From Paludibacteraceae bacterium (GTDB taxonomy: Bacteria; Bacteroidota; Bacteroidia; Bacteroidales; Paludibacteraceae), in assembly GCA_017446455.1 (NCBI GenBank), contig JAFSQV010000014.1:4688-68687 (forward strand): DNA of 64,000 nt. The letters are read 5' to 3'. Numbering within the stretch: the first letter of the stretch is position 1; every line of letters starts with the position of its first letter. A program made the position numbers and the translations under genes. The notes below the pieces were generated by a model. That model was not told the DNA's origin and made no database searches. It saw only the letters and a list, made by a program, of their open reading frames with translations. Positions 1 through 8,141 of the stretch are shown one piece after another.

Positions 1-719
1 GGCGCCGTACAACCCTCTAAATAAGAGAGATACGCGCCTTCGTCGGCGACGAGTAACGTGCGCTCGAACTGACCTGTCTTACCGGCGTTGATGCGGAAAT
101 AGGTGCTTAACTCCATCGGACACCGCACGCCTTTCGGCACATAGACGAACGAGCCGTCCGAGAAGACCGCGGAATTGAGTGCCGCATAGAAATTATCGGT
201 CGGAGGAACGACGCTACCAAGATACTTTTTGACCAATTCCGGATACTCGCGCACCGCCTCGGAGATCGAGCAGAAAATGATGCCTTTCTCAGCCAAGGTC
301 TCGCGGAAAGTGGTCTTCACGGATACCGAATCCATAACGGCGTCCACCGCCATGTTTCCGGCCAGCGCCGCACGTTCTTCCAAGGGAATGCCGAGTTTGT
401 CGAAGGTCTTCATGATCTCTTCGTCAATCTCGTCTTTCTGTCCTTGCTCATTCTTAGCTTTCGGTGCGGCGAAGTACGAAATGGCCTGGAAATCTATCTC
501 CGGAATGTCGAGGTGCGCCCAGGTCGGCACAGGCATCGTCTGCCATTTACGGAAAGCTTTCAGACGGAACTCCAGCAGCCATTCGGGTTCGTTTTTCTTC
601 GCCGAAATCAACCGAACGATGTCTTCGTTCAGTCCCGCCGGTACCACCTCCGTCTCCACGTCGGTCGTGAAGCCGTACTTGTACTCTTGAGAAGTAATAT
701 TTTCTATTATACTGTCCAT
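1..719 (-). CDS. sufB: Fe-S cluster assembly protein SufB, N-terminal part (gene runs off the window start)
   Basis: Minus-strand translation from ATG 719-717 reads [56 protein letters not shown]...[33 protein letters not shown], the typical SufB pattern. It is absent from the ORF track because no stop lies inside the window. Confidence 0.85.
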   Translation of the reverse strand, partial: MDSIIENITSQEYKYGFTTDVETEVVPAGLNEDIVRLISAKKNEPEWLLEFRLKAFRKWQTMPVPTWAHLDIPEIDFQAISYFAAPKAKNEQGQKDEIDEEIMKTFDKLGIPLEERAALAGNMAVDAVMDSVSVKTTFRETLAEKGIIFCSISEAVREYPELVKKYLGSVVPPTDNFYAALNSAVFSDGSFVYVPKGVRCPMELSTYFRINAGKTGQFERTLLVADEGAYLSYLEGCTA

Positions 720-751
720 AGGTCTTCCTAGGTAGTAATAGGTCTTCCTAA

Positions 752-784
752 GAAAAAATAAGCCGCCCTTTTTTCGGGCGGCTT
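752..784 (-). terminator. rho-independent terminator after tRNA-Cys
   Basis: Minus strand carries an AAGCCGCCC-GAAAAAA-GGGCGGCTT hairpin (761-784) followed by ATTTTTT. Confidence 0.6.
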
Positions 785-858
785 GGAGGCCGGTAGCGGA
801 GTCAAACCGCTCTAAACGGTTTTGCAGACCGCTGACTAAGTCGCTCATCCAACCGGCC
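784..858 (-). tRNA. tRNA-Cys (GCA)
   Basis: Minus strand reads GGCCGGT TG GATG..AGTC A GCGGT CTGCAAA ACCGT TTAG AGCGG TTTGACT CCGCT ACCGGCC T CCA. It has a 7-bp acceptor stem, anticodon GCA, a 4-nt variable loop, the U73 discriminator typical of tRNA-Cys, and an encoded CCA. Confidence 0.85.
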
Positions 859-987
859 GTTCGCGTTCGGTACCCTCGGACTGCCATACGACTGCGTCGT
901 AAGGATAAGTCTCTCGGGCCCTCCGCTCTCCCCAAAAATTGGAAATTTTCGGGGACCCCGATAACTCCATTCTTTGGAAAGCGGGTG

Positions 988-995
988 CAAAAGTA
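988..995 (-). promoter_or_regulatory. Bacteroidota -7 promoter box (TACTTTTG) for the tRNA-Cys transcript
   Basis: Minus strand reads GCAGTACTTTTGCACCC with ATTTGCG about 20 nt upstream, matching the TTTG / TAnnTTTG architecture. A ~125-nt leader precedes the tRNA. Confidence 0.5.
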
Positions 996-1058
996 CTGCT
1001 TTTTTTTGAATTACGCAAATTTTTGGGCATTTTTTTTGCAAATATGGGAAAAAAAGAG

Positions 1059-1066
1059 TAACTTTG
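1059..1066 (+). promoter_or_regulatory. Bacteroidota -7 promoter box (TAACTTTG)
   Basis: GAGTAACTTTGCACCCGC lies 23 nt upstream of ATG 1089, with TTTTGCAAAT upstream. Confidence 0.55.
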
Positions 1067-1088
1067 CACCCGCAAAAGTTTGTGTTAT

Positions 1089-1595
1089 ATGGCAAAATAC
1101 ATCGTTATGGCCGAAGAGGGCGAGTTGCCGTTGATCGACAAAGCCCGCGAAGAGTTGGGGTTGGATCTGCGTGATGCGGAGATTCTTTTTACCGGCGTCG
1201 GCGCAATCAATATCATCCGTTCGCTGCAGCACTTAGACCGCGAGGCGGAGTTGTACAATATCGGCTATGCCGGCAGTGCCAATTTTGATTTGGGCAGTTG
1301 GGTAGAAGTGACGGAAGTGCGACTGAATCATCCGAATGTGACGTACGCGGAGCCGCGCCTGTCGCTGGTGGATGAGTCGCTCGGCGCTGAACTGCCGCCG
1401 GAGCACGAGACACGCCGTGCGATTTGTTATACGAATTGCGATTTTGTGCTGGCGTCGGATTACAAGGATTGTGTGTTCGACATGGAACTGGCGTTCATTG
1501 CGGCGCTGGGATTCAAGAATCTGCATGCCCTTAAGTACGTGAGCGACAACCTTTCGTTGCACGCCTATCACGAACATACGAGGGGAGTTGAGTGA
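1089..1595 (+). CDS. nucleoside phosphorylase family protein (MTA/SAH nucleosidase-like, short)
   Basis: MAKYIVMAEEGE...TGVGAINI...NIGYAGS...CDFV...DMELAFIA...VSD follows the PNP_UDP_1/MtnN motif order. The first ATG in the ORF is at 1089. Confidence 0.6.
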   Translation: MAKYIVMAEEGELPLIDKAREELGLDLRDAEILFTGVGAINIIRSLQHLDREAELYNIGYAGSANFDLGSWVEVTEVRLNHPNVTYAEPRLSLVDESLGAELPPEHETRRAICYTNCDFVLASDYKDCVFDMELAFIAALGFKNLHALKYVSDNLSLHAYHEHTRGVE

Positions 1596-2824
1596 TGACC
1601 ACGATTATCTTAAAACCGCATAAAGAAGAGTCGCTGAAGCGTTTTCACCCGTGGGTGTTCAGTGGCGCCATCGCCCGCATCGTTTTGGATGCGGCGCATA
1701 AGGCTGCTGCGCCGGAAGAGGGTGAACTCGTTTGCGTGGAGAGTGCGAATGGCGAAACGCTGGGTGTGGGGCATTGGCAGGTGGGTTCGATTGCGGTGCG
1801 CATCTTGGAGTTTGGCGTAGCGGAGTTGCCGGCTGATTTCTGGGAACAGCGTGTCCGCGCGGCGTATCAGGTGCGCGCGAGTTTGGGGTTAGTGAGAAAG
1901 GACAACGACACTTTCCGACTCGTTCACGGCGAAGGCGATTGGTTGCCGGGACTGATTGTGGACGTGTATGCGGACACGGCGGTCGTTCAGGCTCATTCGG
2001 TGGGCATGCACGTGTTCCGCGCGGCGATCGCTGAGGCGATTGTGGCGGTAGTGCCGCAGGTCAAAAACGTGTATTATAAGTCCGACGACACCTTGCCGTT
2101 TAAGGCGGCGATAGAGGGGGAGAAGACGGGATGGCTGGTGAGGGGTTCCGAGTATTCGGAGAATTCTGAGGATTCTGAGTTTTGGAGTACGGAGAACGGG
2201 TTGGAGTTTCGGATTGATTGGTTGAAGGGCCAGAAAACGGGATTCTTTGTGGATCAGCGCGAGAACCGCGCGTTGGTGGAGCGCTATGCGGCCGGAAAGG
2301 AAGTGCTGAATATGTTCTGCTACACCGGTGGATTCAGTCTATATGCCCTGCGCGGCGGCGCGAAGCGTGTGGACTCGGTGGATGTGAGTCAGAAGGCGAT
2401 TGACCTTGTGAATGCGAATGTGGCGCATAACTTTCCGAAAGCCAAGAATCATACGGCTGTCACGGCCGATGCCTTTGAGTACCTCACGGCGCAGAAGAAT
2501 GCAGGTCGGACGTTCGATTTGATTATCTTGGATCCGCCTGCTTTTGCCAAGCACCGCGATGCGGTGAAGAATGCTCTGCGCGGGTATCAACGCATCAATG
2601 CGAAGGCGATAGAGATGATTCGACCGGGCGGTATATTATTTACCTTCTCCTGCTCACAGGCGGTGGATAAGGAAGCCTTCCGTTTGGCGGTCTTCAGTGC
2701 GGCGGCTTCCGTAGGAAGAAAAGTAAGGATTCTGCACCAGTTGCATCAGCCGCAAGATCACCCGATAAATATTTACCACCCGGAGGGCGAGTACCTGAAG
2801 GGATTAGTGCTTTATATAGAATGA
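1595..2824 (+). CDS. rlmI: class I SAM-dependent rRNA (cytosine-C5) methyltransferase, RlmI-like
   Basis: N-terminal PUA-like region (LKRFHPWVFSGAI), GFFVDQRENR, FCYTGGFS and LDPPAF motifs. ATG 1595 overlaps the upstream stop (TGATG). Confidence 0.75.
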   Translation: MTTIILKPHKEESLKRFHPWVFSGAIARIVLDAAHKAAAPEEGELVCVESANGETLGVGHWQVGSIAVRILEFGVAELPADFWEQRVRAAYQVRASLGLVRKDNDTFRLVHGEGDWLPGLIVDVYADTAVVQAHSVGMHVFRAAIAEAIVAVVPQVKNVYYKSDDTLPFKAAIEGEKTGWLVRGSEYSENSEDSEFWSTENGLEFRIDWLKGQKTGFFVDQRENRALVERYAAGKEVLNMFCYTGGFSLYALRGGAKRVDSVDVSQKAIDLVNANVAHNFPKAKNHTAVTADAFEYLTAQKNAGRTFDLIILDPPAFAKHRDAVKNALRGYQRINAKAIEMIRPGGILFTFSCSQAVDKEAFRLAVFSAAASVGRKVRILHQLHQPQDHPINIYHPEGEYLKGLVLYIE

Positions 2825-3693
2825 AACTCGTTTGTTTTGATACCGAGACCACGGGTCTGGATGTGCAGAAAGAGCACATTATTCAGTTGTCGTTAGTGAA
2901 GGTGGACACCGCCGATTGGAATGTGGTGGACCAGCGCGATTGGTATATCCTTCCGGAAGGGGAGTTTACGATTCCTGCTGAGGCGGAGGCCGTGCATCAT
3001 ATCTCCAAGGATTTTCTGCTGGAGCACGGTGTGTCGCTGCGCAGCGTGTATGATGATCTGATAGCCTTTACGGAGGGTTGCGATATCCTCTCGTATAACG
3101 GGAACGGGTATGACGCGCCGATCTTGCACTATAACCTGGCGCGCTTGGGTCTGAGCTTCGATTTTGACGGTCGCACGTGGTACGACGCGTTGTTGCTGGA
3201 GCGCATCCATACGGCAGGGCAGGTGGACGAGAACGGCGAGAAGTTGCATAATAACCTGACGGCGGCTTATACCCGCTATTATGGTCATCCGTTCGAAGGT
3301 GCGCATAACTCGTTGGATGATGTGCTGGCTACGATCGAGGTGTTCAAAGCGCAGGTGGCAGCGCATGGATGGGAATGGGCACAGCGCCCGGAGTTCGGGT
3401 TTATCTCTTTCGACCGCTGGTTGGTGAAAAAGGGCGATTATTACTATCTCAATCAGGGCGCGCACCGCAATGAGTCGATTGAGTCGATGCTGCGTATTGA
3501 CCGTTCGTACCTGGAGTGGATCGTGGATAAATGTCCGACGACGGATGAGCAAACCCGCGCGATCATCAACCCGTATATCGGTCGGTATGTATCGCCTTTT
3601 GCGCCGACAGGCACGAATGGAGCAAAACCTTCTTCGCGGGGCAAAAAACGCTCCAAAGGAATCATTACGGACGCCGATTTGAGCCTTTTTTAA
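2821..3693 (+). CDS. DEDDh 3'-5' exonuclease domain protein (DnaQ-like)
   Basis: MKLVCFDTETTGLD (Exo I), YNGNGYDAPIL (Exo II) and HNSLDDVLAT (Exo III, H-x4-D). ATGA overlap with the upstream gene. Confidence 0.75.
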   Translation: MKLVCFDTETTGLDVQKEHIIQLSLVKVDTADWNVVDQRDWYILPEGEFTIPAEAEAVHHISKDFLLEHGVSLRSVYDDLIAFTEGCDILSYNGNGYDAPILHYNLARLGLSFDFDGRTWYDALLLERIHTAGQVDENGEKLHNNLTAAYTRYYGHPFEGAHNSLDDVLATIEVFKAQVAAHGWEWAQRPEFGFISFDRWLVKKGDYYYLNQGAHRNESIESMLRIDRSYLEWIVDKCPTTDEQTRAIINPYIGRYVSPFAPTGTNGAKPSSRGKKRSKGIITDADLSLF

Positions 3694-3846
3694 TGCAGTA
3701 CCTTCGGACTCCGCCTTGCTTCGCAATTCCCCCGAAGCTACGTTCGCACTTCCGTGCAAACGGCAAATATTTTAACAAAAAAGTCCTTTTATGCACGCAT
3801 AATTCATTTTTTTGTTAAAATATTTGCACATTTAAAAAATTTGTAG

Positions 3847-3854
3847 TACCTTTG
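3847..3854 (+). promoter_or_regulatory. Bacteroidota -7 promoter box (TACCTTTG) for tRNA-fMet
   Basis: GTAGTACCTTTGCACCCGC with ATATTTGCAC upstream, about 29 nt before the tRNA 5' end. Confidence 0.55.
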
Positions 3855-3882
3855 CACCCGCTTTTCGAAAGAGAAGATATAT

Positions 3883-3957
<75 letters not shown>

Positions 3958-3960
3958 ACT

Positions 3961-5250
3961 ATGAGAAAGCACTTTATAATCCTCATGACTCTTTACACGC
4001 TCTCCGTTTCGGCGGTGGAGCGTGTTTCGTTAGAGCAGTTACAGGCTGATTGGTCTCGCTATGCCAATCGGATGGTTCAAGTCACGACGCCGCTCGTAGT
4101 ATGCGGTAGTTATTATGACTCTTTGATTCTGGCTCCGGAGCGCTTGTATTGTCCGGAAGAACGCGCGGTGGGTTTGGCGGACGGCGACAGTACGGACTAT
4201 TGGCGCATCCAGGCTTCTAATCGCGCGAACTCGATTTGCGTACATTGTCGTAACACTTATTATAAGGTTCGCACGGGCGATCGTGTGCGCGGGTTTCAAG
4301 CGCGCGTGACAGGTGAGCGGCATTTTGTGACGGGTGCGGGTGTGAAGACTTCGCATGTGCGTGTAACTCCGCTCGCGCGGAAGGAGAAAGATGCAGTGCG
4401 CGTGGTAGGCGCGAATGTGGAGAATCTGTTTGCGGATCTTGGCGGATATGCCACGCGGCGTACGACCCCGAAGCAGAATGCGCTGAAGTTAAGTAAAGTG
4501 GCGAAAGGACTGAAGGCGATGAAGGCGGACCTCTATGCGCTGTGTGAAGTGCAGGTGGGTGATAAAGCGCCGACGATGCTTCTGGAGGCGTTGAACAAAG
4601 GCGGTAAGAAATACGCGTATGTCTCGATGCCGATGGAGAATATGGATCGTATCGGCGGTTGTTTTATCTATCGTACGGACCGCGTGCAACCGTATGAAGC
4701 GCCGCTTTCTGCGTACGCCGATACGAGCAGCCATTACCATGCCCGTATGTTCGCGCAGGGATTTGAATGTCTCGATAAGAAAGGTCAGCCTACGGGCGAA
4801 CGCTTCATTGTCAGTCTGAATCACCTGAAGTCCAAGCGGGCAGGCCGTGGAAACTATGACACGCATCTAAAGAGAATGTCTAATGTGGATTCGCTGTTGG
4901 CGATGCTCCCGCAAGCTGTTGCACTGTATGGCGATTCGGATGTGCTGCTGTTGGGCGATTATAACTGCTATACGCAGGAGTTGCCGATTCAGGCGATTGT
5001 GCGTGCCGGTTATCCGGATCAGTTGATGCGTTTCTGTCCGGATGACTATTCGTATGTATTCCGAGGCGAGATGGGGTATTTGGACCGTTGCTTCGCTTCA
5101 CCGTCCATGGCGACGCAGGTGGTACATGTGCAACCCTGGCACGTCAATACCGATTGGTATTACCAGCATGGCGCGAATAGGTTGAAGGACAAGAGCATGC
5201 ATCGCTACGCGGACCACGAACCAATCATCGTGGATATCAAACTTCAATAA
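3961..5250 (+). CDS. secreted endonuclease/exonuclease/phosphatase (EEP) family protein
   Basis: Start was moved to ATG 3961 because the track start 3931 lies inside the tRNA. Signal peptide MRKHFIILMTLYTLSVSA and C-terminal HRYADHEPIIVDIKLQ (SDHxP-like EEP motif). Confidence 0.7.
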   Translation: MRKHFIILMTLYTLSVSAVERVSLEQLQADWSRYANRMVQVTTPLVVCGSYYDSLILAPERLYCPEERAVGLADGDSTDYWRIQASNRANSICVHCRNTYYKVRTGDRVRGFQARVTGERHFVTGAGVKTSHVRVTPLARKEKDAVRVVGANVENLFADLGGYATRRTTPKQNALKLSKVAKGLKAMKADLYALCEVQVGDKAPTMLLEALNKGGKKYAYVSMPMENMDRIGGCFIYRTDRVQPYEAPLSAYADTSSHYHARMFAQGFECLDKKGQPTGERFIVSLNHLKSKRAGRGNYDTHLKRMSNVDSLLAMLPQAVALYGDSDVLLLGDYNCYTQELPIQAIVRAGYPDQLMRFCPDDYSYVFRGEMGYLDRCFASPSMATQVVHVQPWHVNTDWYYQHGANRLKDKSMHRYADHEPIIVDIKLQ

Positions 5251-5252
5251 GA

Positions 5253-5279
5253 AAAGAGCAGTCATCGAGACTGCTCTTT
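5253..5279 (+). terminator. hairpin terminator after the EEP gene
   Basis: AAAGAGCAGTC-ATCGA-GACTGCTCTTT, an 11-bp stem directly before the att repeats. Confidence 0.6.
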
Positions 5280-5393
5280 CTGTGACCCCGCTGGGCGGGT
5301 TCTACCTTGCACCTGGCGGTGCGAGCTTCTGTGACCCCGCTGGGCGGGTTCTACCTTGCACCTAGCGGTGCGAGCTTCTGTGACCCCGCTGGG
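5278..5393. repeat. tandem array: att core plus 34-bp spacer, 49-bp period, 2 full units and a third core
   Basis: TGTGACCCCGCTGGG occurs at 5281, 5330 and 5379. Units 5281-5329 and 5330-5378 differ at one base (CCTGGCGG versus CCTAGCGG). The spacer contains the GCACC-TGGC-GGTGC mini-hairpin. Confidence 0.9.
5379..5393. repeat. attL core
   Basis: TGTGACCCCGCTGGG is identical to 49207-49221 and is followed by phage DNA. Confidence 0.8.
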
Positions 5394-5434
5394 ACTGCGC
5401 AGATTGTGAGGCCTTATTAGCGCTTGATAGGGAA

Positions 5435-5468
5435 TTTCGGGTGATTTTTCGGGTGAAATTTCGGGTAA
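5435..5468. promoter_or_regulatory. three 12-bp-phased direct repeats TTTCGGGTRA (candidate integrase arm-type sites)
   Basis: TTTCGGGTGA at 5435 and 5447 and TTTCGGGTAA at 5459, between the attL core and the int stop codon. Confidence 0.5.
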
Positions 5469-5527
5469 TAGCCGATTTTCATATTAGCGATTCACAACAC
5501 TTCGCAACAAATCCCGTCAAAATCCCG

Positions 5528-6793
5528 TCATTTTTTCTCTGCCATTCGCTTGAGCACATTCAGTTTCATTTCGTCGTCCACATCCGTGTAACGTGCAAAA
5601 GCGCGCGATCCATCTGCGTGGCCAGTGAAAGATGAAGTGATGCGCTCCGATCCGGTTTCTTTAAATATATGCATCATAAACGTGCGTCTGGCGATGTGCG
5701 AGCTGGCAATCTCCCATAGGTGCTTCGGTTTTGTCTCGAGTGTCTTTGGATCCTGGACCATGATGACGCGATCCATGCCGGCATCCTTCAGTATTTTGTG
5801 AATATCCCGATTGTACACGATGGGGTCGACGAATGGAAGCAAACGCCCATCCGGCTGCCCTTTGTATCTTGATACGATCTCCAAAGCTGTGTCGGAGAGA
5901 GGGACACGCACGACAACCGGGTGACCTTTGCGCGTCTTGCGCGCGATGTACTGCAAGAAGCCATCCTCCGTTACATTGTCCTCACGAAGCTCTATGAGGT
6001 CCGACACACGGCAACCGACGTGGCATTGAAATATAAAGATGTCGCGCTGTGCTGCCATGCTTGGAGAAAGGCCTGAAATCTCATATAAGGCATTGCGCTC
6101 GTCAAGCGTAAGGTACGTCGGTGTTCCATATACCTCGCGTGGAATCTTGTAGCCGCCAAGACCAAACGGGTCCTGCCGCATTTCTCCAATGCGGACGGCT
6201 TCCTTGCATGCGGCGCGGAGCTTCTTCATTCGCGTGACGATAGTATTCCTGCCGCGTATGATTCCGGATTCTCCTTTCTCGTTCATGAGGAACCTGACAA
6301 AAGCGGCTGCATCGTCGGCCGTGAATGTGTCGGTATATAGTTTGCCGTGTTTCTCCTCGAAGCGCTGAATATCGCGCGCAATTACCTCATATATAGCAGC
6401 GGTAGCCGGTTCGAGGTTTTTCTTGTTAGGGTACTCCATAACACATTCGTAGAGCCTGCGCCTGGCTGGTCGCCTGCTCGCATTGATCCCGCGCGCTTCA
6501 TCAATAGTCTGCTGCAGCCATCCGTCGCCGGCATCGTATTGATCCCGCCACCAAGCGTCCAGCACGGTGTTCGTCAGTTCGTCGAGTTCCTGCTGCCTTT
6601 CGCGCAGAGCGACCGCCTCCGGCGTCATTTTGCGAGGTATTGACAAACACCCATCCGCTTCGTTCCAAGCAGCCACAGGCACCGGTATGTGCGTCTTGGC
6701 GCGCTGTGAGAACGTGCCTGCGTAGAAACGCGCAAGCACCTCGGCTTGCCCATTGTACACGCGGGATGATATGCGGAACTTGAGTGTTGGCAT
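5528..6793 (-). CDS. int: tyrosine site-specific integrase
   Basis: C-terminal catalytic pattern ...SHIARRTF...FTGHADGSRAFARYTDV (R..H-x-x-R..H..Y). Start chosen at ATG 6793 (MPTLKFRISS), which overlaps the upstream stop (TGATG). The track ORF extends to a TTG at 6838. Confidence 0.85.
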   Translation of the reverse strand: MPTLKFRISSRVYNGQAEVLARFYAGTFSQRAKTHIPVPVAAWNEADGCLSIPRKMTPEAVALRERQQELDELTNTVLDAWWRDQYDAGDGWLQQTIDEARGINASRRPARRRLYECVMEYPNKKNLEPATAAIYEVIARDIQRFEEKHGKLYTDTFTADDAAAFVRFLMNEKGESGIIRGRNTIVTRMKKLRAACKEAVRIGEMRQDPFGLGGYKIPREVYGTPTYLTLDERNALYEISGLSPSMAAQRDIFIFQCHVGCRVSDLIELREDNVTEDGFLQYIARKTRKGHPVVVRVPLSDTALEIVSRYKGQPDGRLLPFVDPIVYNRDIHKILKDAGMDRVIMVQDPKTLETKPKHLWEIASSHIARRTFMMHIFKETGSERITSSFTGHADGSRAFARYTDVDDEMKLNVLKRMAEKK

Positions 6794-7047
6794 CAGTCCT
6801 TCTTTATAATGAAATCTCCCTCTCCTTTTATGATCCAATCAAGTGAGACACCAAAAACCGTAGAGAGGTAGTAGATATTATCCAAGGAACACGTCATGCG
6901 GCCCTGTTCGATCACAGAGAAATTCTGCGGAAACAGATGCACCCTTGTACAAAATTCACTCTTATTCCTTACGATACCGTCGAGATAAAGCAGTCTGTAT
7001 GCACGAATGAAACGTGCAGCGATCTCGTCTTTGATTTTCCTACCCAT
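6793..7047 (-). CDS. small HTH (XRE-like) DNA-binding protein
   Basis: 84 aa. The pattern ...KSEFCTRVHLFPQNFSVIEQGRMTCSLDNIYYLSTVFGVSLDWII is HTH_3-like. It is translationally coupled to int. Confidence 0.6.
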   Translation of the reverse strand: MGRKIKDEIAARFIRAYRLLYLDGIVRNKSEFCTRVHLFPQNFSVIEQGRMTCSLDNIYYLSTVFGVSLDWIIKGEGDFIIKKD

Positions 7048-7762
7048 TGTTGGTGTCGTTTATCAGTTGTTGACATTTATCTGCAACTGCGTGAGTTGTT
7101 TCTAATGTTTCTTTTGTCTGCTTTGCAGCAGCTTTTCCTTGTGCCTGCGCGTCCGCGACGTGCGCTCGCGTGTATTCCTTATATATATTGATCAGCAAGC
7201 GCCCGTCCTCGGTCATCCAAAAAGGTGACGGCTGGACACCATACGATAAGCAAAGAAGCTGCTGTGTCAGTTTGGAAAGCGATGTGGTCCGTCCGTTATA
7301 AGACACACGTTTATTATCAATAACCGTACAAGTGATGGACGTGTCTTTTTTGAAACGGAGCACGGTGCCAACCGGCAACCCCATAGCAAGGAAGTCCATG
7401 TTCGGTGCTTTTTTACGTTTTGCCTCCTCATCATTGATTTCTTTTTGCACAGCAGTAGTCATGGGCTCAAACTTTCCAATACCTCTCATTAGTTTATCCA
7501 CCGTTTCTGGTGTTACACGAAAAAACTCAGAATTGCCCACACGCTTATCGGAGTAATTATCGTGCAAGATTGCCTCAATGTTCGACAATTCTTCATCTGG
7601 GACTTTATATGCGTATGCACACATGAACGGCTCCGGGACAGCAGTTCCGAGTTCGCGGATTCGATGCCGAATGTCAGTCCTGTGCGTCATTCCGATTTTC
7701 ACCATCCCATTAAAATAGGGATTAGTGAGCACATAAATCAGTCCGTAGTCTTTGCTTTCCAT
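7040..7762 (-). CDS. T5orf172 / GIY-YIG superfamily domain protein with an uncharacterised C-terminal domain
   Basis: The N-terminus GLIYVLTNPYFNGMVKIGMTHRTDIRHRIRELGTAVPEPF...SEFFRV fits the T5orf172 (MUG113) pattern. The C-terminal ~120 aa are not recognisable. Confidence 0.65.
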   Translation of the reverse strand: MESKDYGLIYVLTNPYFNGMVKIGMTHRTDIRHRIRELGTAVPEPFMCAYAYKVPDEELSNIEAILHDNYSDKRVGNSEFFRVTPETVDKLMRGIGKFEPMTTAVQKEINDEEAKRKKAPNMDFLAMGLPVGTVLRFKKDTSITCTVIDNKRVSYNGRTTSLSKLTQQLLCLSYGVQPSPFWMTEDGRLLINIYKEYTRAHVADAQAQGKAAAKQTKETLETTHAVADKCQQLINDTNNG

Positions 7763-7768
7763 AGTTGC

Positions 7769-8002
7769 TTATTTTTGATTAGTGGTTACTTTTTCGTATT
7801 TGTCCGGATATGTCACGATATCAACGATAGAAACTCCGAGAATGTCAGCAATGCGCAGAAGCGTCGAGAGTTTCATATCGTCCGTTTTATTAATACAACG
7901 TGAATATGCTGACTGCAGGATTCCAAGCTTTTCAGCTAACTCTTTTTGACTTAAACCGCGTTCTTTTCGCAGATTTTCCACATTTTTCAAAATATTATTC
8001 AT
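7769..8002 (-). CDS. XRE-family HTH transcriptional regulator (Cro/CI-like)
   Basis: RKERGLSQKELAEKLGILQSAYSRCINKTDDMKLSTLLRIADILGVSIVDIV. A TAATTTTG box (8010-8017, minus strand) lies only ~7 nt upstream of the ATG, so the mRNA may be leaderless. Confidence 0.8.
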   Translation of the reverse strand: MNNILKNVENLRKERGLSQKELAEKLGILQSAYSRCINKTDDMKLSTLLRIADILGVSIVDIVTYPDKYEKVTTNQK

Positions 8003-8056
8003 TTTTTTTCAAAATTACTTGCATATATGACAAAAATGTTATAACTTTGCACCCGA

Positions 8057-8120
8057 ATTGAAAAATTCAAGTTTGCAGACACGGGAGAGTATTGTGAGGT
8101 AACCGCAATACTCTTTTTTT
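8057..8120 (+). ncRNA. candidate small RNA (promoter plus intrinsic terminator, no ORF)
   Basis: TAACTTTG box at 8042-8049, then ~55 nt ending in the AGAGTATTG-TGAGGTAACCG-CAATACTCT hairpin (8086-8114) and a T7 run. It shares AGTTTGCAGACA and GTGAGGTAACC with 45632-45672. Confidence 0.4.
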
Positions 8121-8141
8121 GTCTACAGCCGCCCGCGACCG

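Noticed and set aside
229-731. Plus-strand ORFs 229-690, 444-731 and 464-670
   Set aside because: They lie antisense to a clear SufB reading frame on the minus strand. Their products are low-complexity (Ser/Ala/Arg-rich) with no motifs.
718-750. Direct repeat ATAGGTCTTCCTA, two copies 20 bp apart, at the sufB start
   Set aside because: The repeat is real, but it is short and looks like a local duplication of the sufB ribosome-binding/start region. No further evidence supports a regulatory role.
2893-3759. 288-aa minus-strand ORF
   Set aside because: It is antisense to the DEDDh exonuclease gene, whose Exo I-III motifs are unambiguous. Its Arg/His-rich composition is typical of shadow ORFs in GC-rich coding DNA.
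5278-5393. Possibility that the 49-bp repeats are a mini CRISPR array
   Set aside because: The spacers are identical to each other, so the array is a plain tandem duplication. The repeated part equals the tRNA-Arg 3' end (att core), and there are no cas genes in the window.
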